Notes under the pieces: model-generated
What the model was told of the DNA's origin: nothing
Database searches by the model: none
Seen by the model: the letters and a program-made list of their open reading frames with translations, nothing else
Made by a program: the position numbers and the translations under genes
In this document: positions 10,649 through 19,543 of the stretch, one piece after another
How the letters are laid out: the number at the start of each line of letters is the position of its first letter
Numbering within the stretch: position 1 is the first letter of the stretch
DNA from: Methanomicrobiales archaeon
Lineage (GTDB): Archaea; Halobacteriota; Methanomicrobia; Methanomicrobiales; Methanospirillaceae
Assembly (NCBI GenBank): GCA_037137755.1
Contig: JBAXJR010000008.1
Span: forward strand, 1-64,000
Direction of reading: 5' to 3'
DNA: 64,000 nucleotides

Positions 10649-11734
10649 TTATTGTACGACGAAGGAGACATTATAGGTGTGGTCATTCGCAGATGAAGGC
10701 ATCCACCCCTGCTTGTATATTCCGGAAAATTCCTGGCTACCAGTCCCTGCCAGTTTCAGTAACCAGGTTGCAGTACCGCCTGCCCCTGGAAGACCCGGGT
10801 TCGAAGACTTGAACGAGTGGTCAATCACTTCGATTCCTGGTGTAGTGGTGATATTCCATGAGAAACCCGTGGACCCGTTTTCCGGCAGGTTAACCTGCAC
10901 GATATCGTATTGTGAGAGTGAATACGTTTTCCCGTTGTCACTTTCATTATATACATGGCCTGGCTTTGGTACTTTTTCCAGCATTGCATAGAGATACCTG
11001 GTTTCACCAGGCTTGATTATTATATTGGCTGAATATTCAAGGTACCCCGCCTTTTTGATCTTCACAGTGTGACTGCCGGATGTTACGGGCTTTATCAGGG
11101 CCGGGCTGGTACCTGCGGCATTTCCATCAAGGTATATTACTCCACCCTGCGGGTTGGAATTTACCTGGACCGAACCAAAATCCGGTTTCAGATTTGCATT
11201 CACCAACAGGGTTTTCCCACCAGTGACCGTAACCGATGACTCCCAGGAAATGTAACCGCTCTTTTTAACACTGACCTGGTGCACCCCTGAAGGGATATCC
11301 GGAATGATAACATTCGTGATCCCACTGCTAACATTATCGATGTAAACCGTTCCACCCGTGGGTGATGATTGCACCGAAATAATTCCGGTCAGGGGTTTTA
11401 AGGTTGCATATACGTAACTTTTCAGCCCTGATTTTACGTTGATGTTTCCTACCCAGCCCGCATATCCTGATTTAACAACCTGTACCGTGTGATTCCCGGG
11501 TGTTATTCCGTTGGCAGTAACCGGGGTATTTCCATTCACCGGCACGCCGTCTACCGAGACAGAAGCCCCCTGGGGCGATGACATTACCTGGATTGAGCCC
11601 GGTTTCTGGGTAAGCAACGGGTCCTGGATCACTGATGACGCATCCCCTGCCTGTTCAGCATATACGATACCGGTCAATGCAATTACTATTCCTATTAATA
11701 AGAGTGCAGTAACTCCTGATCTGATGTACTTCAA
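10649..11734 (-). CDS. Secreted protein with three PEGA repeats and a C-terminal chagasin-like (I42) protease inhibitor domain
   Basis: Three S-x-P-x-G..V..DG...G-x-H-x-V...K-x-GY repeats; C-terminal LPENGSTGFSW and GAGG motifs; TTG start at 11734 behind a GGAGGT RBS. Confidence 0.82.
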   Translation of the reverse strand: MKYIRSGVTALLLIGIVIALTGIVYAEQAGDASSVIQDPLLTQKPGSIQVMSSPQGASVSVDGVPVNGNTPVTANGITPGNHTVQVVKSGYAGWVGNINVKSGLKSYVYATLKPLTGIISVQSSPTGGTVYIDNVSSGITNVIIPDIPSGVHQVSVKKSGYISWESSVTVTGGKTLLVNANLKPDFGSVQVNSNPQGGVIYLDGNAAGTSPALIKPVTSGSHTVKIKKAGYLEYSANIIIKPGETRYLYAMLEKVPKPGHVYNESDNGKTYSLSQYDIVQVNLPENGSTGFSWNITTTPGIEVIDHSFKSSNPGLPGAGGTATWLLKLAGTGSQEFSGIYKQGWMPSSANDHTYNVSFVVQ

Positions 11735-12169
11735 ATCAATACCTCCAATACTAAAAGAGGAATCCGACAACCCCCCTTATGAAAATGATTCAAAGCGAGG
11801 TGTTGATAAAGTTTCCTGTTTTTTTTACCGGATAAATCACACCAAACCCGCATGTCTGAAAACACGGGTTGCTTGTTGTGAATTTCCTCAAAAAACGGGC
11901 AATGGAAGTATTTTTTGTCAGGCTCAAAGCGAATTTCCAGACAGGTAAGACAATAACCCTGCGAAAGGAGGGGATCGTCCCTTCACATACCCTACATAGG
12001 ATATCGCAGAATTTGAACAAAATATTTCGTTAGTTATAAATACATAATCCGCAGAACAAATCAAAATTTTTTTTAGCAGGGCGTCGAAATATGAACTACT
12101 GGCCGGGTGATCAGGTCATCATTATACTGCAAACGATACTGGTGGTTTGCAAAAAACTGGGGGAGTAAT

Positions 12170-12268
12170 ATGGGAAATCTGGAGGAGAAGGAACTTCCGC
12201 GTGCGCTGGAGGAGATTATAAAAGATGAGACTTTCGACGAGTTTTTACTCGTGCCTACCGGCAGCTGA
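12170..12268 (+). CDS. Putative 32-aa small protein
   Basis: ATG preceded by GGGGGAG; MGNLEEKELPRALEEIIKDETFDEFLLVPTGS; followed by a short hairpin. Confidence 0.35.
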   Translation: MGNLEEKELPRALEEIIKDETFDEFLLVPTGS

Positions 12269-12527
12269 CACCCGAAGAACAGACACGGGTCAGGCACAAA
12301 TCTTAGAATACTACTTTTTTACCCTTGAGGATATATTCAGCTATTCCATTTTGGATTCTGTGGTATGAGCGACCAGGAACCAGGTCAATGATAATTGGTT
12401 CCTCAAAATTGCCAGGGTAATGTTGATATTATCATGAAAAGCCACCACCCGATACCGTCAGGCGTATATGGTGTCCGGACTCATATGCAAAAAAGGAGTT
12501 ATATAACGTGCAGGAGAAGGTTGTAGG

Positions 12528-13661
12528 ATGAAAAAGGATCTGCTCATGTGGGATGAGACGCTCTTCCGGGACCCGGAGGTCTTTGAGATCGATTATGTGC
12601 CAGAGCAGTTTAATTACCGCGATGACCAGATTAAAGAACTGGCATTCCAGATCAGGCCCTCCCTCCGGGGTGGCCGGCCGCTTAACACCGTTTGCCGCGG
12701 ACTACCTGGCACGGGGAAAACGACCTGTGTAAAGAAACTCTTTGAAGAGATCACAACCACTACCAAAAAAGTCCTGCCTGTCTATATCAATTGCCAGATC
12801 GATAATACAAAATTTGCTATTTTTTCCCAGATCTACCGGAAACTTACCGGTCACCTGCCACCACCTTCAGGGACCTCCTTCAAGACAATTTTTGATGCAA
12901 TTGCCCGGATAATCATGAAGGACGAAATTGTCCTTCTTATCTGCCTGGACGATGCAAACTACCTCCTGTATGAAAACGAGATTAATAACGTCCTTTATCC
13001 GTTACTCCGCTCATACGAGTCCTTCGAGGGGACAAGGATCGGGGTAATCCTGATACTGTCCGATATGGCCGTCGACCTCTCACGGTCGATAGACGCCAGG
13101 GTATCGTCCGTACTCTGCCCGACGGATATCTATTTTCCACCATATTCAGAAGACGAAGTGCGCACAATCATCACCGAACGGGTAATGCAGGGGTTCTACC
13201 CGGGAGTCATCAGTGCCGAGATGGTGAGCCTGGTCGTTGCCCAGACACTGAAAGGCGGGGACCTCAGGGTTGGGATAGACCTCCTGAAGCGGGCCGCCCT
13301 CAGCGCCGAGCGGAAAGCAAAGCGCGCAATAGAGCGCGAAGATATATGCGGGGCTTACCTGATGTCCCAGTACCTTCACCTCTCATTTTCATTGAAATCC
13401 TTAAAGTCAGAGGAGAGGGAAATCATAAAAAAACTCGCAGAATTTGCAAATGACAAAAAAGACATGAACGCAGGGGATGTTTACAAAACAATCAGGGAAT
13501 CGACCGAGATCAGTTATACCAGGTTCTACGAAATGGTGAAAAAATTTGACCTGATGAGGTTGATTGACCTGGAGTATCGCAGCGGCACCGGGGAGAAGGG
13601 GAGGACTCGCGTGATCAGTCTCCGCTATGACCCGGTAAAAGTGATCGAATACATTGCCTGA
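12528..13661 (+). CDS. cdc6: ORC1/Cdc6 replication initiation protein
   Basis: Walker A GLPGTGKT, YINC, Walker B ICLDD, GDLRVGIDLL and a C-terminal winged helix (GRTR). Confidence 0.93.
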   Translation: MKKDLLMWDETLFRDPEVFEIDYVPEQFNYRDDQIKELAFQIRPSLRGGRPLNTVCRGLPGTGKTTCVKKLFEEITTTTKKVLPVYINCQIDNTKFAIFSQIYRKLTGHLPPPSGTSFKTIFDAIARIIMKDEIVLLICLDDANYLLYENEINNVLYPLLRSYESFEGTRIGVILILSDMAVDLSRSIDARVSSVLCPTDIYFPPYSEDEVRTIITERVMQGFYPGVISAEMVSLVVAQTLKGGDLRVGIDLLKRAALSAERKAKRAIEREDICGAYLMSQYLHLSFSLKSLKSEEREIIKKLAEFANDKKDMNAGDVYKTIRESTEISYTRFYEMVKKFDLMRLIDLEYRSGTGEKGRTRVISLRYDPVKVIEYIA

Positions 13662-13726
13662 ACCAGATCATTTTAACAAATCTTATCTATTACCCAACCA
13701 TTTTTTATGGTACAGGGGGACTTCAC

Positions 13727-14674
13727 GTGCTCAGTGTGAACGAATTTGCGCTCGAAATTTTTGATTATTTAGCAGACGAACCAGAACAATATAATGTTGC
13801 GTACCATGAACTCGATAATGGTGCGAGGATTGTAGATTGCGGGGTCAGTACCCGCGGTGGATACGCCGCAGGCCGTGCATTTACCGAGATCTGCATGGGA
13901 GGTCTTGGAGAGGTCAATTTCAGGATGGGAAAAGTCAATGAATTCCCTATCCCGTTTATCGATGTTTTCACAGATTTCCCCTCGATTGCATGCCTCGGGT
14001 CACAAAAAGCGGGATGGACCATCAAGCACAACAACTACTTTGCCATGGGCAGTGGTCCGGCGCGTGCCCTTGCATTAAAACCCAAACACACATTTGAGGT
14101 GATTGATTACCAGGACGAATACGAAGCGGCAGTCATTGCACTTGAAAGTGATCACCTCCCGAACGGGGCAGTGATGGAGAAGATTGCAGAGGAATGCGGC
14201 GTCGATGTGGCAAACGTAAGCGCGGTAGTTGCACCAACCGCATCACTCGTCGGATCAGTCCAGGTCGCGGGGCGTTGTGTTGAGACCGCAATATACAAAC
14301 TCAACGAACTTGGTTTTGATACAAGGAAAATTACAGCCGGAATGGGTTCGGCCCCCCTCCCGCCAGTCAAGAAGGATGCAACCCAGGCGATGGGTACCAC
14401 GAACGATGCAACAATCTACCACGGGCAGATCATGCTCACCATGAAGGCACCTGAAATCAAGGACTATCTCGAGAAGATCCCGTCCAACAAGTCGAAGGGT
14501 TATGGTAAGCCGTTCTATGAGACATTCAAAGAAGCAAAGTTCGACTTCTACCAGATTGATACATCATTGTTCTCACCCGCAGAGGTTATCATTAACGAGC
14601 TTACCGATGGTATCATGTACCATGTCGGCAAGGTAAATCCAGAGGTCACCCTGAAATCCTTCGGGCTTCTCTGA
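13727..14674 (+). CDS. mch: Methenyltetrahydromethanopterin cyclohydrolase
   Basis: ACLGSQKAGW, FAMGSGPARAL, PTASLVGSVQVAGR and MGTTND motifs. Confidence 0.96.
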   Translation: MLSVNEFALEIFDYLADEPEQYNVAYHELDNGARIVDCGVSTRGGYAAGRAFTEICMGGLGEVNFRMGKVNEFPIPFIDVFTDFPSIACLGSQKAGWTIKHNNYFAMGSGPARALALKPKHTFEVIDYQDEYEAAVIALESDHLPNGAVMEKIAEECGVDVANVSAVVAPTASLVGSVQVAGRCVETAIYKLNELGFDTRKITAGMGSAPLPPVKKDATQAMGTTNDATIYHGQIMLTMKAPEIKDYLEKIPSNKSKGYGKPFYETFKEAKFDFYQIDTSLFSPAEVIINELTDGIMYHVGKVNPEVTLKSFGLL

Positions 14675-14742
14675 TCTATCACGTTTCTTTTTTTCACTGT
14701 TCAGGTAGTATTTATTGTACCAGGAGCGAAATTGTTCCCATA

Positions 14743-15378
14743 ATGTCCCCTGACAACCGGCAACTCGAGGTGTGGGACTCTGATTATCGTACGAGGGGCC
14801 TTTTGTGGGGGGGCAACCCTGCACCCCTGCCGATACTTCCCGAGGGCTCAAGAGTCCTTGAACTCGGTTGCGGGAATGGGAAAAATCTCCCGGGGATGAT
14901 TGAGAAAGGATGGGACATTAACGCACTGGATTGCTCCATAAGGGCCCTTCAACTCTGCAGGCCGGTTGTCCGTGAGGCAGGACGGGTGCATTTCGTTGCA
15001 GGAGATGTAATTTATCTTCCTTTCAGGGATTCAGTAATAGATATAGTATTTTCCCTGCATGTGGCAGGGCACCTGACAGAATGTGAACGGTATGAGTTTG
15101 CAAGCGAAATATTGCGGGTTCTGAAACCAGGTGGACAGATAATATTCAGGGATTTCGGAGTAGATGATTTCCGGTGCGGTAAGGGTGAAATGACTGAACC
15201 GGGTACCTTCCGCAGGGGCACCGGCTCATCCACCCATTATTTCACAGACGAGGAGGTTACCAGGCTGTTCAGAGCCTTCAACCCTGTTTTCCTTGACGAT
15301 CATCGCTGGTCAATGAGAATTAAAGGGCAGGAATACCCACGGTGTGAAATTATCGCAGTATTCGAAAAAGCAACCTGA
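14743..15378 (+). CDS. Class I SAM-dependent methyltransferase
   Basis: VLELGCGNG motif I and RVLKPGG motif. Confidence 0.88.
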   Translation: MSPDNRQLEVWDSDYRTRGLLWGGNPAPLPILPEGSRVLELGCGNGKNLPGMIEKGWDINALDCSIRALQLCRPVVREAGRVHFVAGDVIYLPFRDSVIDIVFSLHVAGHLTECERYEFASEILRVLKPGGQIIFRDFGVDDFRCGKGEMTEPGTFRRGTGSSTHYFTDEEVTRLFRAFNPVFLDDHRWSMRIKGQEYPRCEIIAVFEKAT

Positions 15379-15522
15379 ATTTTAAAGGTCTCTGGTAGGA
15401 TAGAAATTTCTAATGGAAAAATTGCCTGATAGATCGGGCAGAATACAGCAAGGTTCATTATTTTTCCTAAAACCAATCAACAATCTTAATATCAGATGGG
15501 TCAAAACTAGTAAGTCAGTTCC

Positions 15523-15596
15523 GGGCCCGTGGTCTAGTCGGTTATGACGTCGCCCTTACACGGCGGAGGTCGCCGGTTCGAATCCGGCCGAGCCCA
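15523..15596 (+). tRNA. tRNA-Val (anticodon TAC)
   Basis: Cloverleaf: GGGCCCG..., D-arm, anticodon stem TCGCC/GGCGG with loop CTTACAC, T-loop GGTTCGAATCC, 3' GAGCCCA; one C-A mismatch in the acceptor stem. Confidence 0.93.
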
Positions 15597-15608
15597 TTGT
15601 CAAACGCT

Positions 15609-15896
15609 GCTCCTGACGAAGCAACGTCCAATTTTAACATTATTGAGTTTTCAAGTTGTGCAATTCTGTTTCCAGGGGTCTAATTTGATAATATTATGAA
15701 ATTTATTGGCGCTCCCTCGGATCAGCCTCGCCTCTTTGGCAGCCGTGGTTCGAATTAGGAAGGCTCATTCCACCTCCGAAACTTCTGATGAGCCCTGCCC
15801 TGGAATATCTTTCAGGGGGAGGGGCCGAGAGGGGTAAAACCCCTCCTGTCTCAGTTACTTCGCTTTTTAACGATAACACAGAATATCAACAGGAGC
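15609..15896. mobile_element. Degenerate MITE-like repeat, copy A
   Basis: Collinear similarity over about 200 bp to 45546-45800; imperfect terminal inverted repeats GCTCCTGACGA / TCAACAGGAGC; internal hairpin GAGGGGT-AAA-ACCCCTC. Confidence 0.55.
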
Positions 15897-15926
15897 GAAA
15901 AATGATAATGATTACGCATATTTCGA

Positions 15927-17069
15927 TCACTGCCCATTTTGTTTTCGATAGAAATATAGCCCTATTGAGGCAATGACCACGACGGTCAAGATTAGAGCAA
16001 TACCTTGGACGACAATAAGCCTGTCAAAACCACCAGGAGCTCCCTGCACCGGACCAGGCGGAGGTGTCTTCGTTGTTGAGGTTGTCATTGCAGATGGAGA
16101 CACCGGGGAGGCAGGGCGGATGAAAAGACCATAGTCGCTGGAATGGGCAATCATCGTGGTCACGGTATGCGTTAGCGGGTCGGTTGTGGTTGACAATGCC
16201 TCCCAAAGGCCGGAAACCGGGTTGTAATACTGGATCAAAAGTTCCTGCCCGGAGATCTGCTTCCATTCCTCTGGTGTCGTTGTAATTTTCAATGCGATCG
16301 GAGGGGAGAACGTCGCTCCTGATGGTTCGATCTGGTAAGCATACCCGGTGAAGACAAACATCGATCCCTTCGGTACGGCGGGAACATCCGTTGTTGCAAT
16401 CCTGTTGAGATCAATATTGTTGACCGGCTGTCCATCCCGGTCGAGAATCCGGGTGTTGGTATCTATTGATAGTGCCGCAGACCTGTCATTTGAGACGAGG
16501 ACAACCGGTTCAGCAACGAGGTTATCGGGTGTTAACGGAATTGGACTGCCTGAAACGATAGTAACTACCGGAGGGCTTAACGGTAGTTCTAATTCCGGCA
16601 TTCCGACGATGTTTCCAAGGGGTGAAGCACCCCCGCCACCTCCGGAGGAACCAATTAAACTCTTTTCGCCCACTGCAAGGGTCTTGAAATTAAAATCAGG
16701 ACTTTCATACGTGTTACCTGCGGAATCGGATGAATTAACCACATAATAGTACGTTGTATCGTCAGATAATCCTCCCAGAGGTATCCTATGACTAAGGACC
16801 GAGTCACCGGGTATAGTTACATTAGACCCATAAGAGGTGTCCGTACCATAATAAACCGTGCTGTTTGTCAAACCGTTTGTCATCCAGGTAATATTCGCAG
16901 AGTTGGTTGTGATATCGATGGCCTCGATATTATATGCAGCAAGCAACACCCGGGCGGTTATCTCAACGGTTGCGGTTGCACCCCCCACATTAGTACATAA
17001 TATCCCGGGTGCGATAAGGAGACAGCAGCAGACAGCAATAAAAATAAAATGCTTTTTTCCTGCACTCAT
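15927..17069 (-). CDS. Membrane-anchored surface protein: short N-terminal strand, FN3 domain, Gly linker, ZU5/PGF-pre-PGF-like domain, TM anchor
   Basis: ATG at 17069 overlaps the upstream TGA (ATGA); signal peptide; FN3 motifs (ANITWMTN, STVYYG, GLSDDTTYYYVV); C-terminal TM plus RK. Confidence 0.8.
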   Translation of the reverse strand: MSAGKKHFIFIAVCCCLLIAPGILCTNVGGATATVEITARVLLAAYNIEAIDITTNSANITWMTNGLTNSTVYYGTDTSYGSNVTIPGDSVLSHRIPLGGLSDDTTYYYVVNSSDSAGNTYESPDFNFKTLAVGEKSLIGSSGGGGGASPLGNIVGMPELELPLSPPVVTIVSGSPIPLTPDNLVAEPVVLVSNDRSAALSIDTNTRILDRDGQPVNNIDLNRIATTDVPAVPKGSMFVFTGYAYQIEPSGATFSPPIALKITTTPEEWKQISGQELLIQYYNPVSGLWEALSTTTDPLTHTVTTMIAHSSDYGLFIRPASPVSPSAMTTSTTKTPPPGPVQGAPGGFDRLIVVQGIALILTVVVIASIGLYFYRKQNGQ

Positions 17070-18427
17070 TTCCGGTGCCTGGTAAAACAGCAGGAAACAA
17101 TAGCAGCAGCTATAAGAGCTCCAACACTTACAACGACCGGTAATGGTGCCTTTGTAGGAACCGCGGTGGCCGCTGAAGACGGGATCATAACCGCCCAGAC
17201 ACTCAGGTGATTCGTGGTAGTGGTGAGGGTCATGTCCTGGGTATTCACCTGCGTGGGTAGCATCGTCCACTCATTCTTTGCGGTATCATAGTAGGAGAGT
17301 TTCATTTTTGAAGGGTCACCACCTGCTGCCGCAAGGTCATCCGCTGAATAGGTAACCCGAACCGTGGCGTCCTTAGATAGAAGCCCGGATAGCCCGGATA
17401 TTTCAAAACTGGTGGCACCAGTTGTTGCACCAGCGGGTGCCGGTTGCAATTTATCGCGTGAATACGGTTTCAGTGTCACCACTACATCGCCAAGAACTGA
17501 ACCCTGTGGAAATAAAACTGTGTACCGCCCATCCGGGGATACGAGGGTACCTGCACTACCGGGAGTCAGCTTGATACTCGATTCGGTAACTGGGGGTATG
17601 TAAACCGTCTTCACGGCGAATGTCGTGGTCTTGTTGTCAAGGACCCGTCCGTCTTCGAGGAGTACCTTTGAATTCACCGTATACGTGCCGAGCGGCAGGT
17701 TTTTTATATCGGGCTGGATGATGAAACCCACCGTGTTGCCGGGGATGATGGCATATACTGACGGGGGCGTTGAATTGGTTGCGATAGTATTGCCACTCGC
17801 ATCCGTCACGAGGACCTCGTTCACGGTACGGTAATAGTGATAATTCCCGGTATTTTGGAGGGTGGTGGTGACCGTAATCGGCTGGCCGATAGTCACATCA
17901 CTTACATCCAGATTTGTAATGCTGCCGGTTTCAACCAAGGCGGTCCCTGAGTCTGTAATCAATACCGGGACTATGACCGCAGTCGTAAATGATTTTCCTG
18001 CTCCAGGCAGGGCGTGGATGTAAATAATTGCATACCTCCCACCCGCACCGACATTCTTCGGGAGGGTGATATTTGCATTGATATTTTGTGTTGTCCCGGG
18101 TTCAAGGTGGAGAGTGTTCTTGTCAAGCGTGATAAATGGTCTGGCTGTGTACGAGCTTAGATCATTTGCCGGGTCAAGCGTCGTATACCCTTTGTCCATA
18201 CTCTGGCCAAATCCCATCACTTCTACCTGCACATCAGTGGGATCCTCACCAGGGCCAATGCCCACGGTCATGGTATGTACAGCAACTTCACCAGGAGAAA
18301 TATTACCCATGTATTTTGCTCCCGAAACACTAATGGCCAAAACAGGTACCGCCGACAGCATCAGCACGATTACCAGTGCCGGCAGGAGGATTTTCGCAAG
18401 ATTGTATGTCTGACTATATTTTTTCAT
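17066..18427 (-). CDS. Membrane-anchored two-Ig-domain protein resembling DUF916/WxL-interacting (PapD-like) proteins, plus a ZU5-like domain
   Basis: Signal peptide; LEPGTTQNINANITLP...GGRYAIIY and LQNTGNYHY...IIPG patterns; C-terminal TKAPLP-TM-basic tail. Confidence 0.6.
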   Translation of the reverse strand: MKKYSQTYNLAKILLPALVIVLMLSAVPVLAISVSGAKYMGNISPGEVAVHTMTVGIGPGEDPTDVQVEVMGFGQSMDKGYTTLDPANDLSSYTARPFITLDKNTLHLEPGTTQNINANITLPKNVGAGGRYAIIYIHALPGAGKSFTTAVIVPVLITDSGTALVETGSITNLDVSDVTIGQPITVTTTLQNTGNYHYYRTVNEVLVTDASGNTIATNSTPPSVYAIIPGNTVGFIIQPDIKNLPLGTYTVNSKVLLEDGRVLDNKTTTFAVKTVYIPPVTESSIKLTPGSAGTLVSPDGRYTVLFPQGSVLGDVVVTLKPYSRDKLQPAPAGATTGATSFEISGLSGLLSKDATVRVTYSADDLAAAGGDPSKMKLSYYDTAKNEWTMLPTQVNTQDMTLTTTTNHLSVWAVMIPSSAATAVPTKAPLPVVVSVGALIAAAIVSCCFTRHRK

Positions 18428-18558
18428 CTGCTACCCCTTGTTGAAACACTTGATAAGCAAAAATAAAAAGGTTTTGGAAAAATCGAGGGGTTTTACGGTT
18501 TATCCCCCTGCACGTTCGTCCAAGTGATATTACGAAAAATATTTTGATGATGCTTTTT

Positions 18559-19527
18559 TCAGACCGGGCGAATACCTGACTGGTACCGCATGTCCTTGGT
18601 GAAGGTGTGGATTAACCCACTTGCCGTAGATGTTTCAGAATATGAAAGGCCTTCAACCTTCACCGGGATATAGCCGATGGGATCAGTTACATACCGTCGT
18701 GGCACTTCCTGTTCGATGGCTTCCTGCAGGTTGACCTTCATGAACGCACCCACGGTACCGCTTGCACCGGTACCACCGGACCCCGTAACCCCTTTAACAT
18801 TGACGCGGTAGGTCTCTGCTACCGGGATATCAACGGATGCGGAAATAAACCTCACGCCAGCCGTCGTCGAAATGGACCCGGTGGAAATATCTGCGCTGCT
18901 GCCTGACATCACGATGTTACAAAACGGCGGGAAGAAAGGACCTGCAGTACCCGTAAACGGGCAACATACCTGGTTTGCGGCAACAGTCTGGGCCCCCGCA
19001 CCGTCAAGGAGGAGATCCTCGCGGGTGGTCATCCGGCCACCATCCCCCCCGGTGAACGTGACGACCCTGTCTGCCCCGATGTTTTCTTCACCAGCGCTTT
19101 TATTCCCGGTGCTGATGCTCATCGTTTTCTGGTAGGTAAGGCTGCCGGATACGGCGGTCACGTCCTCATTATATCCGGCAGTATACTGGACTTCCCCGGG
19201 TGGGACGGGTGCACCTTTGTATCGTGAAATTACATAGGGATCCACAGAATAGCCATCTATACGTGGACCTGATGGACCAAGTGGGAACCATGCCCAAAGG
19301 AAGCCCCCGTTCTCCAACGGAGGGTCATTAAGCGTATGCGATCCCAGTTGCAGGCCTACCGAAGTACTGGTTGTAACGATTCCCTGCACATCCATCGAGG
19401 TAACGGTGGAAATTCCAACCAGTCCCGGGACTTCAGGTAACGGGAAGTCAGCATACACCGGTCCCGCGAATGAGATAACGAGGACTGCGACGATGATTAC
19501 CATAATAACACGAGGAGGGTTATTCAT
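18559..19527 (-). CDS. Paralogue of the Methanospirillum-type major sheath (amyloid) protein MspA
   Basis: Signal peptide, then GISTVTS, PGEVQYT, K-T-M-x-I-x-TGNK, EDLLLDGAG, CPF...PPFCNIV, QEA, LSYSETSTASG and a YQSG terminus, matching recalled hallmarks of the MspA family. Confidence 0.72.
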   Translation of the reverse strand: MNNPPRVIMVIIVAVLVISFAGPVYADFPLPEVPGLVGISTVTSMDVQGIVTTSTSVGLQLGSHTLNDPPLENGGFLWAWFPLGPSGPRIDGYSVDPYVISRYKGAPVPPGEVQYTAGYNEDVTAVSGSLTYQKTMSISTGNKSAGEENIGADRVVTFTGGDGGRMTTREDLLLDGAGAQTVAANQVCCPFTGTAGPFFPPFCNIVMSGSSADISTGSISTTAGVRFISASVDIPVAETYRVNVKGVTGSGGTGASGTVGAFMKVNLQEAIEQEVPRRYVTDPIGYIPVKVEGLSYSETSTASGLIHTFTKDMRYQSGIRPV

Positions 19528-19543
19528 TTTTGTCACCATTCCA

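Noticed and set aside
11771-12527. Replication origin upstream of cdc6
   Set aside because: AT-rich patches are present, but I could not find repeated ORB or mini-ORB boxes; only one weak TTCCAG..GAAAGGAGGGG resemblance.
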